Virus record (IMG/VR): IMGVR_UViG_3300007754_000004
Location: 1-64,000 of that record
Direction: 5' to 3' (one strand)
DNA length: 64,000 nt
From: a virus
Each line of letters opens with the position of its first letter. Position 1 is the first letter of the stretch. A model generated the notes under the pieces. It saw only the letters and a list, made by a program, of their open reading frames with translations. It had not been told where the DNA came from and did no database searches. The position numbers and the translations under genes were made by a program. Below, piece by piece: positions 16,108 to 25,400 of the stretch.

Positions 16108-19100
16108 CGCTACCTCCAGCGCGAGCGTCTTCTACCAGCCCGTCAAAGACTTCCCGAAGCTCGTTGATCTCCTCGATAATCTCCTCGTTCTCCTCTTCTT
16201 CGTCCCCCTCCCCTTTGATCCTCTTCCCGAGGATAGCTTCGACCAGCTTGAGCTTCTTCCGACAGGTCCCCAGAGTCCGCTCATCCACGGTCCCCCGTGC
16301 AATCAGGTGGATCGCATAGACCATGTCATGCAAGATCCCGATCCGAATCATCCGACCGAGAATCTGCAAGTAAATCCCAGCCGACCAGGGCGTGTCCAGA
16401 AAGACGATCGCCTTCGCTGCCTGGAGATTGATGCTATCGGAACCCGCCTTGGTAATCCAGACGATATTCACCCCGGAATCGTGAGCCTGGAAGGCGTCCA
16501 TCGCAGCCTGTCGAGCCGCGATGGTGTTCTCATCTCCGGTCACCCGGACTGACTTGACCTTGAGCTTCTTCTCCAGCCAGGGCTTCCCGAAGTTCACCAT
16601 CTCCTTGAATCGGGTGTAGATGATGACCTTCTGACCTTCCAACTCCCCGCCCGGAGCCAGGAGGTCAGCCAACACGTCCAGCTTCTCAGACGTCTCCTCG
16701 TCGAAGCCGATGAGGCAGGGGTGATTCACAATCTCCTGGCAGTAGGTGATCGCGGTGAGATGCGTGGTCTCTCTCAGCTCACCGTCTCCAACCTCCAGCA
16801 ACCCCTCCAACGCCTCCGCGTATTTAGCCGCCTGGAAGGAGGTGAGCCCGTGGCGGATTTCTTTGATCTGAAGCGGCGGGAGATCCTGCGCTACCTGGAA
16901 CTTCGCCCTTCCCAGGTGGAAGGGGTCGATCTTGGCCTTGAACCGAGCGATATCCTTCGGCCGATACCCTCGGATAACCGGGACCTTCCTGCCTCGACCG
17001 ATCGGCTGCATCTGGACGATGCAGTAGTCGTTCATAAAGGCGTTCCGGCTGTGGGTAAACAACCCAGGGACCAGCACCTTCATGATCCCAAACCCTTCCA
17101 TCAGGTTGTTCTGAATCAGCGTCGCTGTCATTCCCCAGACGCGGTTTGCCCTCTCCACCCCCCCGAGGTGCCTCATGATCTGGTGAATCTGAGACGACGG
17201 ATTCTTGAACGCCTGACAGTTTGACACCAGGGTGCCGTTGGCAAAGAAATTGTGGTTACCTTCGACCTCCAAGTCATAGACATATCGGTCTTTCTTGGGG
17301 TCAGATGGAACCCAAGTTCCGGTCTCTGTGACCCAATCCAGAATTGTTCTTTGCTGGGGACGGGTGTCAAAGTCGGAAGCCCTGGCACAAGTCTTTTCAG
17401 GAAACTTGTACATGACTCCAGGAAACCCACATGGAAGCAGGTTCAGGAACACTGATGTTGCTTGGTCATTGAGATAAAGGAGGAGGTGCCCTCTCTTAGA
17501 CACCTTGATTTGTGCCTTGACCCCCCACTTCCACCACAACCACCCAGCCAACAGCTCAACCTCGCCCCTGTCAAACCCACTTGTATGGAGTGTGACTCGG
17601 CGGGTCCTACCGTCTTTGCAAACGTGCTCATTCAGGGAGCCGTCATCGGCATACCACACAGCCAAACCAAGAGGCCCAACATGATTTAGCCAAGAGGCTG
17701 TGATCCTCTTACCACCTTGCCAAACGCGGTTCTGCACCGCCCAAGAAGTGACAGCCTCATTGGTTTGGAGCTTGAATCGAGCATAACCCTTCGGCTGTCC
17801 GTCTGTTCTAGGGAAGCCGCCGTTGGCTGATGTGTCTACCTCCGACACCCCCAGAGACTTCAAGATTTCTCGCTTGAAAATCAGGTAGTCCTTCTGGACC
17901 TCAGAATGGCCGAAGGCCACTCCGACCCGGACGTTGTTTGGATAGGCTAGACTGGAGTCCCCCAACAAAGCCCCGAAAATGACTTGCCATTGATCCTCAG
18001 AAGGGACATTTGAGCAGAGGTGTTGTACCTTGGAGCCTTCTTTGAGACGACTCGCCAGAACCTTTCCTCCCTCGGGGGTATAGAACTTGTGGGTGCTGGT
18101 GACACGAAGCCGTCCCCCGAACCGAAAACCGAGATGGAGTAGGTTTCTTCTCCGGCCCCTTTGGAAGGGAACCCGATGCCAATCAACAACTCTCTTCGGC
18201 TCGACCTCTCCTGTTTCTGGGTTCCAAGAAAGAACCTCAACAGGTAATTTCTGAGAGACAATCTTCCCGATTAACTCGGTACTACCGTCCGCTAGGAGGA
18301 CGGGGGTGTGGTACTGGAAGCACTCATCTGCGATGAGGATGTAGTCTTGCCACCCCTGCATCTGCCGGAAGTCCCGCCGGACAGACCCGTAGCCCATAAC
18401 CAGGACCGGATAGCGATCCTTCTCCTGCCAAGCCTTATATGCCTTCTTCCTCTTCACGGGGGTCCCCGCGGAGACGACCGGATCGACCACCCGGGTGAAA
18501 TTCTTAAAAGCGAGAGCCCACTGAGTGACAGCGGACTTGTTGCAGATAATGATCACTTTGCGAGTGGGATCCTCGATTTCCCAGAGGAAGCAGAGGGCCG
18601 CGATCACCTCTAAGGTGTTGTGGTTGACTAAGCCGTTACCCACGAAGCAGTGGCGGGGGTCATCCACCTCAATGTCCACAACCTCCTTGAACCCGGTTTT
18701 GATGGATTCGATGGGGTCGTAGAAAAACCTCCGTGATAGAAGCTTTTCGATGCCCTTATAGGCAGGGTGGTCCTTAGCCACCCCCACCTCGTAGGCCACC
18801 TCCAGCATCCACTCCAGAAACCCGTAGGTAGGGTTCCTGCGCCTAGCCCGGACGTGGGTGAGCGTGTTGTAGAAGGAGGACCCCCATCGAGTGCTAATCG
18901 AGAACCCATGCTTCTTGCAGCCGACAAGAATCTCCGACCGCAACAGCTCGACAGCACCCCAAGCGAACGGGACAATATCGTGGTTGGGGTTGGACTTGTT
19001 CGGGATGGCTCCCGCCAAACTACTCTTCTTACGAGAGGAGATGAAACCCACCTCGGCCTCGAAAATCCGGGCGTCCTCCCCGAACATTGTGAGCCGCCAG

Positions 19101-20179
19101 TAGGTGTGGTCGCGACCCTGGACCATCTTGGGGGAACGATTGGAGACGATTCCCAGGCGCAAGAGGAGGAGTTGAACCTCTCGAAGAAGCCTCTCAGAGG
19201 CGGAGCTGATCTCCACACCACCAGAAACAACGGACCCCTCTCCCTCAAACAGACCTCGGAGGAACGCTACCTGTGAATCCCGGGTCCCGATCATGACGGG
19301 GTCAGGAACGCGCTTGTCAGCGGGCAAGCCGTAGTCCACCCCCATCCCCTCCAGATACTTGCGGAGGTAGACGCTATCGATCCGCATCTCTTTCTGGTCG
19401 GACTCCTTGCCCCATCCGAACTGCTCCGCCAGGAGCCCCTGAATGTCTCGATGAACCGCTGGATTCTTCTCGGGACACTGCGAGATAGTGAACACGTAGG
19501 GGTGATTCACCCAGGCTTCCCCCACGATGTATCCGAGCAAACGGGCTAGGCTCGGGTTGAGCTGCGTAGGGACAGAATACACCTTGGCGTTAGGGGCCAC
19601 GGTGGGGAGCCGGAGCGGGGGCTCCTCGTCGGGGAACTGCGTAGGAGTCCTGTCCACGCAGAGGTAGTCCCCGACTTCCAGTTCTCCTGTCTTGATGAAC
19701 TGCTCTCCCGTGATCCCCCTCACGAACAGAGGGTGGACCAGTGAGCCCTCAACCTCGAATCCGTAGCGGCTCCGCACCCTCCGGGTCGGCTTGTTCCCGC
19801 AGTAGTAGAAGCTCTTGACCAGGACCATGTCGGACCCGATCCGAACCTGAACCCCAGAGCCCTCCAGGGAGGCGAAGGAGTCGGGGTCCATAGGACCCGG
19901 CTGGAGATCCCCGATGGGGACCAGCCCCCTATTGGTGTCCAGCAGGGTGTCTTTCGTGACGCACTTACCCAAGCCCGTGTCGTCCCCCACCAGGAACCTC
20001 TTCATGGAGAGGAGATGGACGACCATCTGGGCCTGATAGTAGCGGAGGGAGAAAGGCTTCTCGGTCCCGTCTAGTGCCTTGTACGAGGGCACCATCAGCG
20101 ACGAGGCCCGGAGAACCAAGTCCTCTTTCTCCCGGACAGCTTTCAGCTTCTCATAAGTGGCAGCCAGTACGGGATCCAT
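16100..20179 (-). CDS. SNF2-family helicase containing two inteins (predicted spliced product ~542 aa)
   Basis: LRYYQ, GDDTGLGK|T, IADE|CQ, MTATLIQNN, SINLQAA, QILGRMIRIG; start set at ATG 20179 with a GAGGAGG SD. Confidence 0.92.
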   Translation of the reverse strand: MDPVLAATYEKLKAVREKEDLVLRASSLMVPSYKALDGTEKPFSLRYYQAQMVVHLLSMKRFLVGDDTGLGKCVTKDTLLDTNRGLVPIGDLQPGPMDPDSFASLEGSGVQVRIGSDMVLVKSFYYCGNKPTRRVRSRYGFEVEGSLVHPLFVRGITGEQFIKTGELEVGDYLCVDRTPTQFPDEEPPLRLPTVAPNAKVYSVPTQLNPSLARLLGYIVGEAWVNHPYVFTISQCPEKNPAVHRDIQGLLAEQFGWGKESDQKEMRIDSVYLRKYLEGMGVDYGLPADKRVPDPVMIGTRDSQVAFLRGLFEGEGSVVSGGVEISSASERLLREVQLLLLRLGIVSNRSPKMVQGRDHTYWRLTMFGEDARIFEAEVGFISSRKKSSLAGAIPNKSNPNHDIVPFAWGAVELLRSEILVGCKKHGFSISTRWGSSFYNTLTHVRARRRNPTYGFLEWMLEVAYEVGVAKDHPAYKGIEKLLSRRFFYDPIESIKTGFKEVVDIEVDDPRHCFVGNGLVNHNTLEVIAALCFLWEIEDPTRKVIIICNKSAVTQWALAFKNFTRVVDPVVSAGTPVKRKKAYKAWQEKDRYPVLVMGYGSVRRDFRQMQGWQDYILIADECFQYHTPVLLADGSTELIGKIVSQKLPVEVLSWNPETGEVEPKRVVDWHRVPFQRGRRRNLLHLGFRFGGRLRVTSTHKFYTPEGGKVLASRLKEGSKVQHLCSNVPSEDQWQVIFGALLGDSSLAYPNNVRVGVAFGHSEVQKDYLIFKREILKSLGVSEVDTSANGGFPRTDGQPKGYARFKLQTNEAVTSWAVQNRVWQGGKRITASWLNHVGPLGLAVWYADDGSLNEHVCKDGRTRRVTLHTSGFDRGEVELLAGWLWWKWGVKAQIKVSKRGHLLLYLNDQATSVFLNLLPCGFPGVMYKFPEKTCARASDFDTRPQQRTILDWVTETGTWVPSDPKKDRYVYDLEVEGNHNFFANGTLVSNCQAFKNPSSQIHQIMRHLGGVERANRVWGMTATLIQNNLMEGFGIMKVLVPGLFTHSRNAFMNDYCIVQMQPIGRGRKVPVIRGYRPKDIARFKAKIDPFHLGRAKFQVAQDLPPLQIKEIRHGLTSFQAAKYAEALEGLLEVGDGELRETTHLTAITYCQEIVNHPCLIGFDEETSEKLDVLADLLAPGGELEGQKVIIYTRFKEMVNFGKPWLEKKLKVKSVRVTGDENTIAARQAAMDAFQAHDSGVNIVWITKAGSDSINLQAAKAIVFLDTPWSAGIYLQILGRMIRIGILHDMVYAIHLIARGTVDERTLGTCRKKLKLVEAILGKRIKGEGDEEEENEEIIEEINELREVFDGLVEDARAGGSDG
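17219..18322 (-). mobile_element. intein 2 (368 aa) with LAGLIDADG endonuclease, inserted in Walker B (DE|CQ)
   Basis: CFQYHT... to ...YDLEVEGNHNFFANGTLVSN|C; GALLGDSS and LAVWYADDGS motifs. Confidence 0.93.
18617..19963 (-). mobile_element. intein 1 (449 aa) with LAGLIDADG endonuclease, inserted in Walker A
   Basis: CVTKDT... to ...NGLVNHN|T; LLGYIVGEA and FLRGLFEGEG motifs. Confidence 0.93.
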
Positions 20180-20245
20180 AAGCCTCCTCGGGACCCCTCC
20201 CTCTACCACACCGGGAGGCTTCTTAGCCCCCCGACTGCGTCAACC

Positions 20246-20827
20246 TTACCGAGTCTCCGACCACCCGAAGAGCACCGTCCTCAGCAAGACCCCCTTGCTG
20301 AACCACTGAGGTCGCTTGTCCACCGCTTCTGTAAGACGAAGTTTGATGTATCGAGTCAGATTTGCCCCCGTAGGTGCAGAGGGGTGTGCCCTCTCTAGTA
20401 CCCGGGTCATATCTTTCCTCTTTGTTTTCACGAGGTTATCGACCAAGGAGCTAATCCTCGGCCGGAGGCTCTGGACTGACCACGCCCCGAGAGCGTCCGC
20501 GGCGTTGAAGAGATTGTCCTCTGATCCCTCAGGGGGGACATGCACCTGCCCCCAGGTGGCGGAACCTCCGGCTTGCCACACCGAGAGGAGCACACGAAGT
20601 CCTGGAGAATAATGACCTGACGACTGGAGAGACCGCTTCCCCGCAGGGCTCGCGAGGCTGTACCGGAAGTACCCCCTGTCCAGGTTGTGTACCACGGCGA
20701 TCCGATCGATCTGCTGCTCGATCTCAGGCACCAGTCGAGGAAGCCCCGCGAGAACCGCCTCCCCGAGCCCGATCAGGATTCGATTGCGGGGCGTCCTGGC
20801 CTCGCGAATGGTCTCCAAGAAATTCAT
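20246..20827 (-). CDS. hypothetical protein (~193 aa)
   Basis: ATG 20827 with GGAGG SD, next to the upstream stop. Confidence 0.65.
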   Translation of the reverse strand: MNFLETIREARTPRNRILIGLGEAVLAGLPRLVPEIEQQIDRIAVVHNLDRGYFRYSLASPAGKRSLQSSGHYSPGLRVLLSVWQAGGSATWGQVHVPPEGSEDNLFNAADALGAWSVQSLRPRISSLVDNLVKTKRKDMTRVLERAHPSAPTGANLTRYIKLRLTEAVDKRPQWFSKGVLLRTVLFGWSETR

Positions 20828-20828
20828 T

Positions 20829-21608
20829 TCAGCCTCCAATTTCCACGATAAGCCTTCCGGGCCCTTCAATCGCCAGGGAAGCTCCTTGAGCTGTTTGAAC
20901 CGCGGCGACTCCACCCGTGGCGATGGTCCTCACGACGCCGGGAGCCACCACGTATCCCCAGCGACGCGATGCCTTCCCGGAGACGCTCTCGGGGATCTCA
21001 CCGAGGGCAACCGCAGCCTTCGTGAGCGGCTGCCCCTGGAGCCCCAGGGAACGCAAAGCTGAACTGGTCCGCGGGCCGATGATCCCATCCACGGGACCGC
21101 AAGGAGCCCCGAGTCGATGGAGCTGGGCTTGGACAAATCGCTCCGTCGTCTTGCCCCCACCCCAGGTCCCCACATCCACCTGTGCCGCCGCACATACGGA
21201 CTTCCAGGCGACTTCCCCTCTCCCCTCGCCCAGGAGAGAATCATACAACCTCTGCCAGGGTCCGAAAAAGTGAAACACGCCCTGCGTAGGGCTCGGGAGG
21301 GGGTATCGATCGAAGGGCGTAAACCCCAGGGGGATGACCAACCCCCAGAGAGCCTCCAGGGACTCCTGAGACGCTCTACCGGCTACCTCCAGGGTCAGGG
21401 TCACCTCCCGCCCTGAACGCCGAAGAGAGAGGCTCTCAGGCAGCCCTGTGAGACCCGCATCCGTCTTGACCTGGGTTCTCCGAACCCCTGTCGCTGTCAG
21501 GGCTCCGAAGCCTCTCTCAGCAGCTCGCCTGTTGGCCTGACGCAGTCCTTCCACGAGGTCCGGCGTAAACACCGAGGAGCGAGTGCTGATCAGGGAGGTT
21601 CGGAACAT
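20829..21608 (-). CDS. peptidoglycan-binding domain protein, possibly a degenerate M15-type endolysin
   Basis: VQAQLHRLG...GPVDGIIGPRTSSAL is a PG_binding_1-type signature. Confidence 0.7.
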   Translation of the reverse strand: MFRTSLISTRSSVFTPDLVEGLRQANRRAAERGFGALTATGVRRTQVKTDAGLTGLPESLSLRRSGREVTLTLEVAGRASQESLEALWGLVIPLGFTPFDRYPLPSPTQGVFHFFGPWQRLYDSLLGEGRGEVAWKSVCAAAQVDVGTWGGGKTTERFVQAQLHRLGAPCGPVDGIIGPRTSSALRSLGLQGQPLTKAAVALGEIPESVSGKASRRWGYVVAPGVVRTIATGGVAAVQTAQGASLAIEGPGRLIVEIGG

Positions 21609-21634
21609 CCAGGGGTCTCCTATCCCGAGAGGGG

Positions 21635-21649
21635 CATAGGAGGTATACC
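21635..21649 (-). promoter_or_regulatory. putative late promoter motif GGTA-N6-CTATG
   Basis: Recurs at 28518, 47130, 57729 and 60985. Confidence 0.5.
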
Positions 21650-21650
21650 G

Positions 21651-22124
21651 CTAGGGCCCCTTGGGCTGGAGAGCCCCGATATGCTTGAAGAGAGCTTCCC
21701 ACCCCCCGATCGCCGCGAGTCCCGCGGTCAATCCCTGCATCAGGGCAGCGTCAACCGCGGCGTTTGCTGAGAGGGCCGCCCCCGTGGTTCCGAGTACGGC
21801 GAGGCTCAAAGTCACCCACGGCACCGCTTTCTTAGGGACCTTGTTCTTCAAGGCGTACTTTCGAGCCAGAGCTACCAGGATGCTGAGGAGCAGGCCGACC
21901 ACCACCGGCCAGGACTTGCTATCCAGGGCTCCCACAAGAAGCCCGACTTCGTCTGCGACCTCCTGAAGGGCTTCAGCTCCCTCGACAATCGCCTCTTCAA
22001 TCTCCTCCGGATTCGGAGCGTCTCCCACCCGCTCCACGGGTGCCGGCTCAGACGGAGGGCTATCCTGTCCATAAGCGACAGGGGAGGCCAAAGAGACCAT
22101 CAGGAAGAAGTAGAGAAATCGCAT
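21651..22124 (-). CDS. holin-like membrane protein with an N-terminal signal-like peptide
   Basis: Signal-like N-terminus, 2-3 TM segments, adjacent to the PG-binding gene. Confidence 0.5.
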   Translation of the reverse strand: MRFLYFFLMVSLASPVAYGQDSPPSEPAPVERVGDAPNPEEIEEAIVEGAEALQEVADEVGLLVGALDSKSWPVVVGLLLSILVALARKYALKNKVPKKAVPWVTLSLAVLGTTGAALSANAAVDAALMQGLTAGLAAIGGWEALFKHIGALQPKGP

Positions 22125-22132
22125 GGTCGTCC

Positions 22133-22498
22133 TCAACGATGAGCGAGGATGGTTTCGACAATCCTCGCTTTTGTCATGTCCGGGGTTACGAGAGCACCCT
22201 CTCCCCGAGCCACCGTCAGGAGATCGGATTTAGGGAGACGTTGAAGAGCCGATCGACTCAACAGGATGGGGCTCGGTTCACCGGTCCCGGGGTCGATAGC
22301 CCCTGGAGGCGGGGGGCTGTCCGCCCGGTAGGTCTTAGGCTTACCCAACTCCAACAGCCGTCGCTTCACGTTCTGCCTCTGGTCCTCAGAAAGTCCCGGG
22401 TTCAACAAAGCAGACCTGAGCTGAGACCGGTACCTCGCGAGGTGTTGTTCCCGCAGCTCAAAGGGAACGTCCATCTGACTCAAGAAGTGAGGCATCAA
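22133..22498 (-). CDS. hypothetical protein with a C-terminal Rho-N/HeH-like motif
   Basis: LQRLPKSDLLTVARGEG...MTKARIVETIL. Confidence 0.55.
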   Translation of the reverse strand: MMPHFLSQMDVPFELREQHLARYRSQLRSALLNPGLSEDQRQNVKRRLLELGKPKTYRADSPPPPGAIDPGTGEPSPILLSRSALQRLPKSDLLTVARGEGALVTPDMTKARIVETILAHR

Positions 22499-25400
22499 CC
22501 CACCGTGCTAGAGACGTCGCCGCCAGAGTAGACAGCCAACACAACGCCGGCCACATCGGGCGAACTCCGACGACGACCCTTGACCATCGGCCGCCCCTCA
22601 AGCCGATACCTGTCCGCGGCGGCGTAGCCTTCGCCATATCCGCTCGGGGAGATGATCCCACTCAAGGAGAGACCATCATCCTGAATGCTGCTCCCCAGGA
22701 GCCCGTAGGTCGCGACGACCATCTGAACCTCGTCTCCCTGGCTCACCTGAGCGTTGGTGGAAAACGCCTGCTCGGGGAAGTTCCGGACCAGCATTGCCTT
22801 GCAGACCAGGACGCCACCCTTGAGGACCGGCTTGAGGCTGGCCTCAAGGGCTCCGCTTACCCAATCCACGGGACCACCCGGGTTGGGGTCGTCCATGACG
22901 AACACGGAGCCCCCGCCGCGATAGAGGCGGTACTTCTTGCTGCCCGTCGGCTCGTTCACGTCGTGGTACGCCGTGTAGGCCAGGATCCCACCGTCCGCCA
23001 TCCCGACCCAATGACCCGCCCCACCCGTGAAACGGGTGTAGGCCCCGCTCCCGCTGTTTGTCAACGGAAGGAGAGTCTGTACCGGCCGAATCCCAGGCGG
23101 GAGCGTCTGCATCGCAGATGCTTTGTTGCCCAGGGGATCCTCGCAAAGGAAGTCGCTGTCCTGAAGGAGAATCCCAAGCGGGAGTCGCTCCGTCATTCCC
23201 GTCAAGTCAATCTGAGAGGTGCCCGACCCGGCGTTCATCACCAGATCAGACCCATCCCGGAGATTCGCCGCCGTCGGGGTGCCCACTCCGGGCTCCGGCG
23301 TCGTCGGAGTCAGAAGCTTGAACGCCGCCGGAGTGTCGTGAGACACCTTGATCCCATTCCCCTGAGCACCTACAGGGACCGCCTCGATCAACAGGACGTC
23401 GTCACCCTCCGTCCGCGCCGTCACCACCGCCGTCAAAGACGTGTGGGCGTTGATCCCAGCGACCAGATTCACGATCGAAGCCGCAGCGTCAGCTCCGACC
23501 TGAAACTCAGTTTGGTCCGCAGGGGACCCCGAAACTGCCGTGAGGGTAATCTTTGTCCCGCTCAAGTTGTAGATGGTCAGAATAGCCCCGGTCAGGGAGC
23601 CGTTAGCAATGACCTGAAGGAGAACGGAAGCCCTTGAGTTGTTTTCCCGCTGGCCCTCACTGAACGCCCTGGGGAGAATCCTCCAGGGGTTCGCGGAGGC
23701 TGAAGCCGGCACCCGAGAGGCTGCCGCTGCGGTGTCCTCCGTGTATCCGACGTCGAGGATCGTCCCGGCCTTGAGCTGGCCTCCGACCTTCCCTGTTCCG
23801 AGGGTCGTGTAGAAGTCGATGCTGGCGAGCACCTGAACTACTCGCCGGTTGGGGGTCTCGATTTGAAGAACCCCGGAGCTGTCGAATTGCTGAATCGGAG
23901 TCGCCAGAGCGTAGGCATCTGAGACAGCGATCTGCCCATAGCGATGCTGGTAGTCGCTGGTAGTGCGGGTACTCCCCGCTCGCGTCATGTAGGGGTCCCC
24001 CTGATAGACCGTCCGGTCGTATCCGACATACACCTGATCGTTAAGGGGTGCCGCAGCGGGGATCGTCATGTTGATCCCTTCCAGCTCCACGTTGGTCCCT
24101 TCGGTGACCGCAGCACCGGCCCCCGTGTTCCTCCGAGCGAGGACGAAGTTGTTCAGGTTGATGAATCCCCGGGCGAAACCGAAGACCACGCACTCAACCA
24201 CATACTCCAGGTCGTCGAAGGTCTCGCCGGAGACATAATCCGGGCTCAGGCTGATATCGAGGGCGTTGGACGGAATCACGTAGGTGTGATCGTCCGCGTC
24301 GCCGGTCACGTCGTTCGCCCCACCCTTCCGAATGAACAGGGTTTGAGCCTTGGCGTCCTTCCTCAAGAGGTTGGTCGCCGCGTCTGAAGACACCGTGACC
24401 CGGTCGGCGTCGAAAGTCGCCCCACCCTTATCGATGAAGTTCCGACGATCATAGACGCCGTAGAGGCGAGCAATACCCAGATAGGGAGGCAGCTCGATCC
24501 CCTTCAGAGTCCGTCCGAGATCTGAAGAGACTACCGTGGTGTCCGTGACCAGCCGGGCCTGATACGCCGGGGTCGCGGGACCGGCGATGGTTCCATACTC
24601 CCCGTAATCCAGACCCGAAGTGCTCCCGGTCTGGAGGTAGAGAGAGGACACCAGATTCCCAGCGGAGTCGTTGTTCTGCCCGCCCACGACATAGAAGACC
24701 GGCTTGGTCTCGTCAGCGTCATCGGTAAAGAGGTGGTTGATCCCAGGGAGAAAGGTCCCCGTGGTCACCGAGGTGTCATGGTAGGGAATGTCCTGGCGAC
24801 CAAACCGGGGCATGTACTCCCAGGGGACCACGAATCCCATCCTCAGGTTTGAGGTAAAGATCGTCGCCCCATCCTTGTCTGTCCCGATGGTCGGGGCCGG
24901 GCCCGGATAAGTGGTCGCGCCGACTAGGCTGGAAGCCGCCATGTTCACGGAGAACATGGTCATGCTCCGGTCCAAGAAAGGCCGGAAGACAAGAGACTTG
25001 CTCCCCTTATCGAAGAAGACCTCAACCTCTCGATCCTGCTCCGAGAACGCGATGATCTCGCCCCCGTGGGCCGGGGCAGCGGAGCCATCCAGCCCCAGGC
25101 CACTCAAACGATTCCAGACCTGGACATGAGCCGAGTCGAAGTGCGTCTCTGCGGACGCGACCCCGGACTCAGAGGAGAACGTGGAGTCCAGCGTAGACCC
25201 CGCCTGCCGGAGATAGTTCGCCCCAGCACTCCTCACGGCGACGCGGCGGATTTCGTCCGCGACTCTCGCTGTACCGCCACGACCAGGGTGATACAGCAGA
25301 GAGGTGGAGAGGATCGCCTTGCTGGCGATCGGCTGGCTGATCGCGTTGGCCCCGAGCGTCCCCGCTGCCCAGGGAGCGGATCCCGCTCCCTCCAGGTCCG

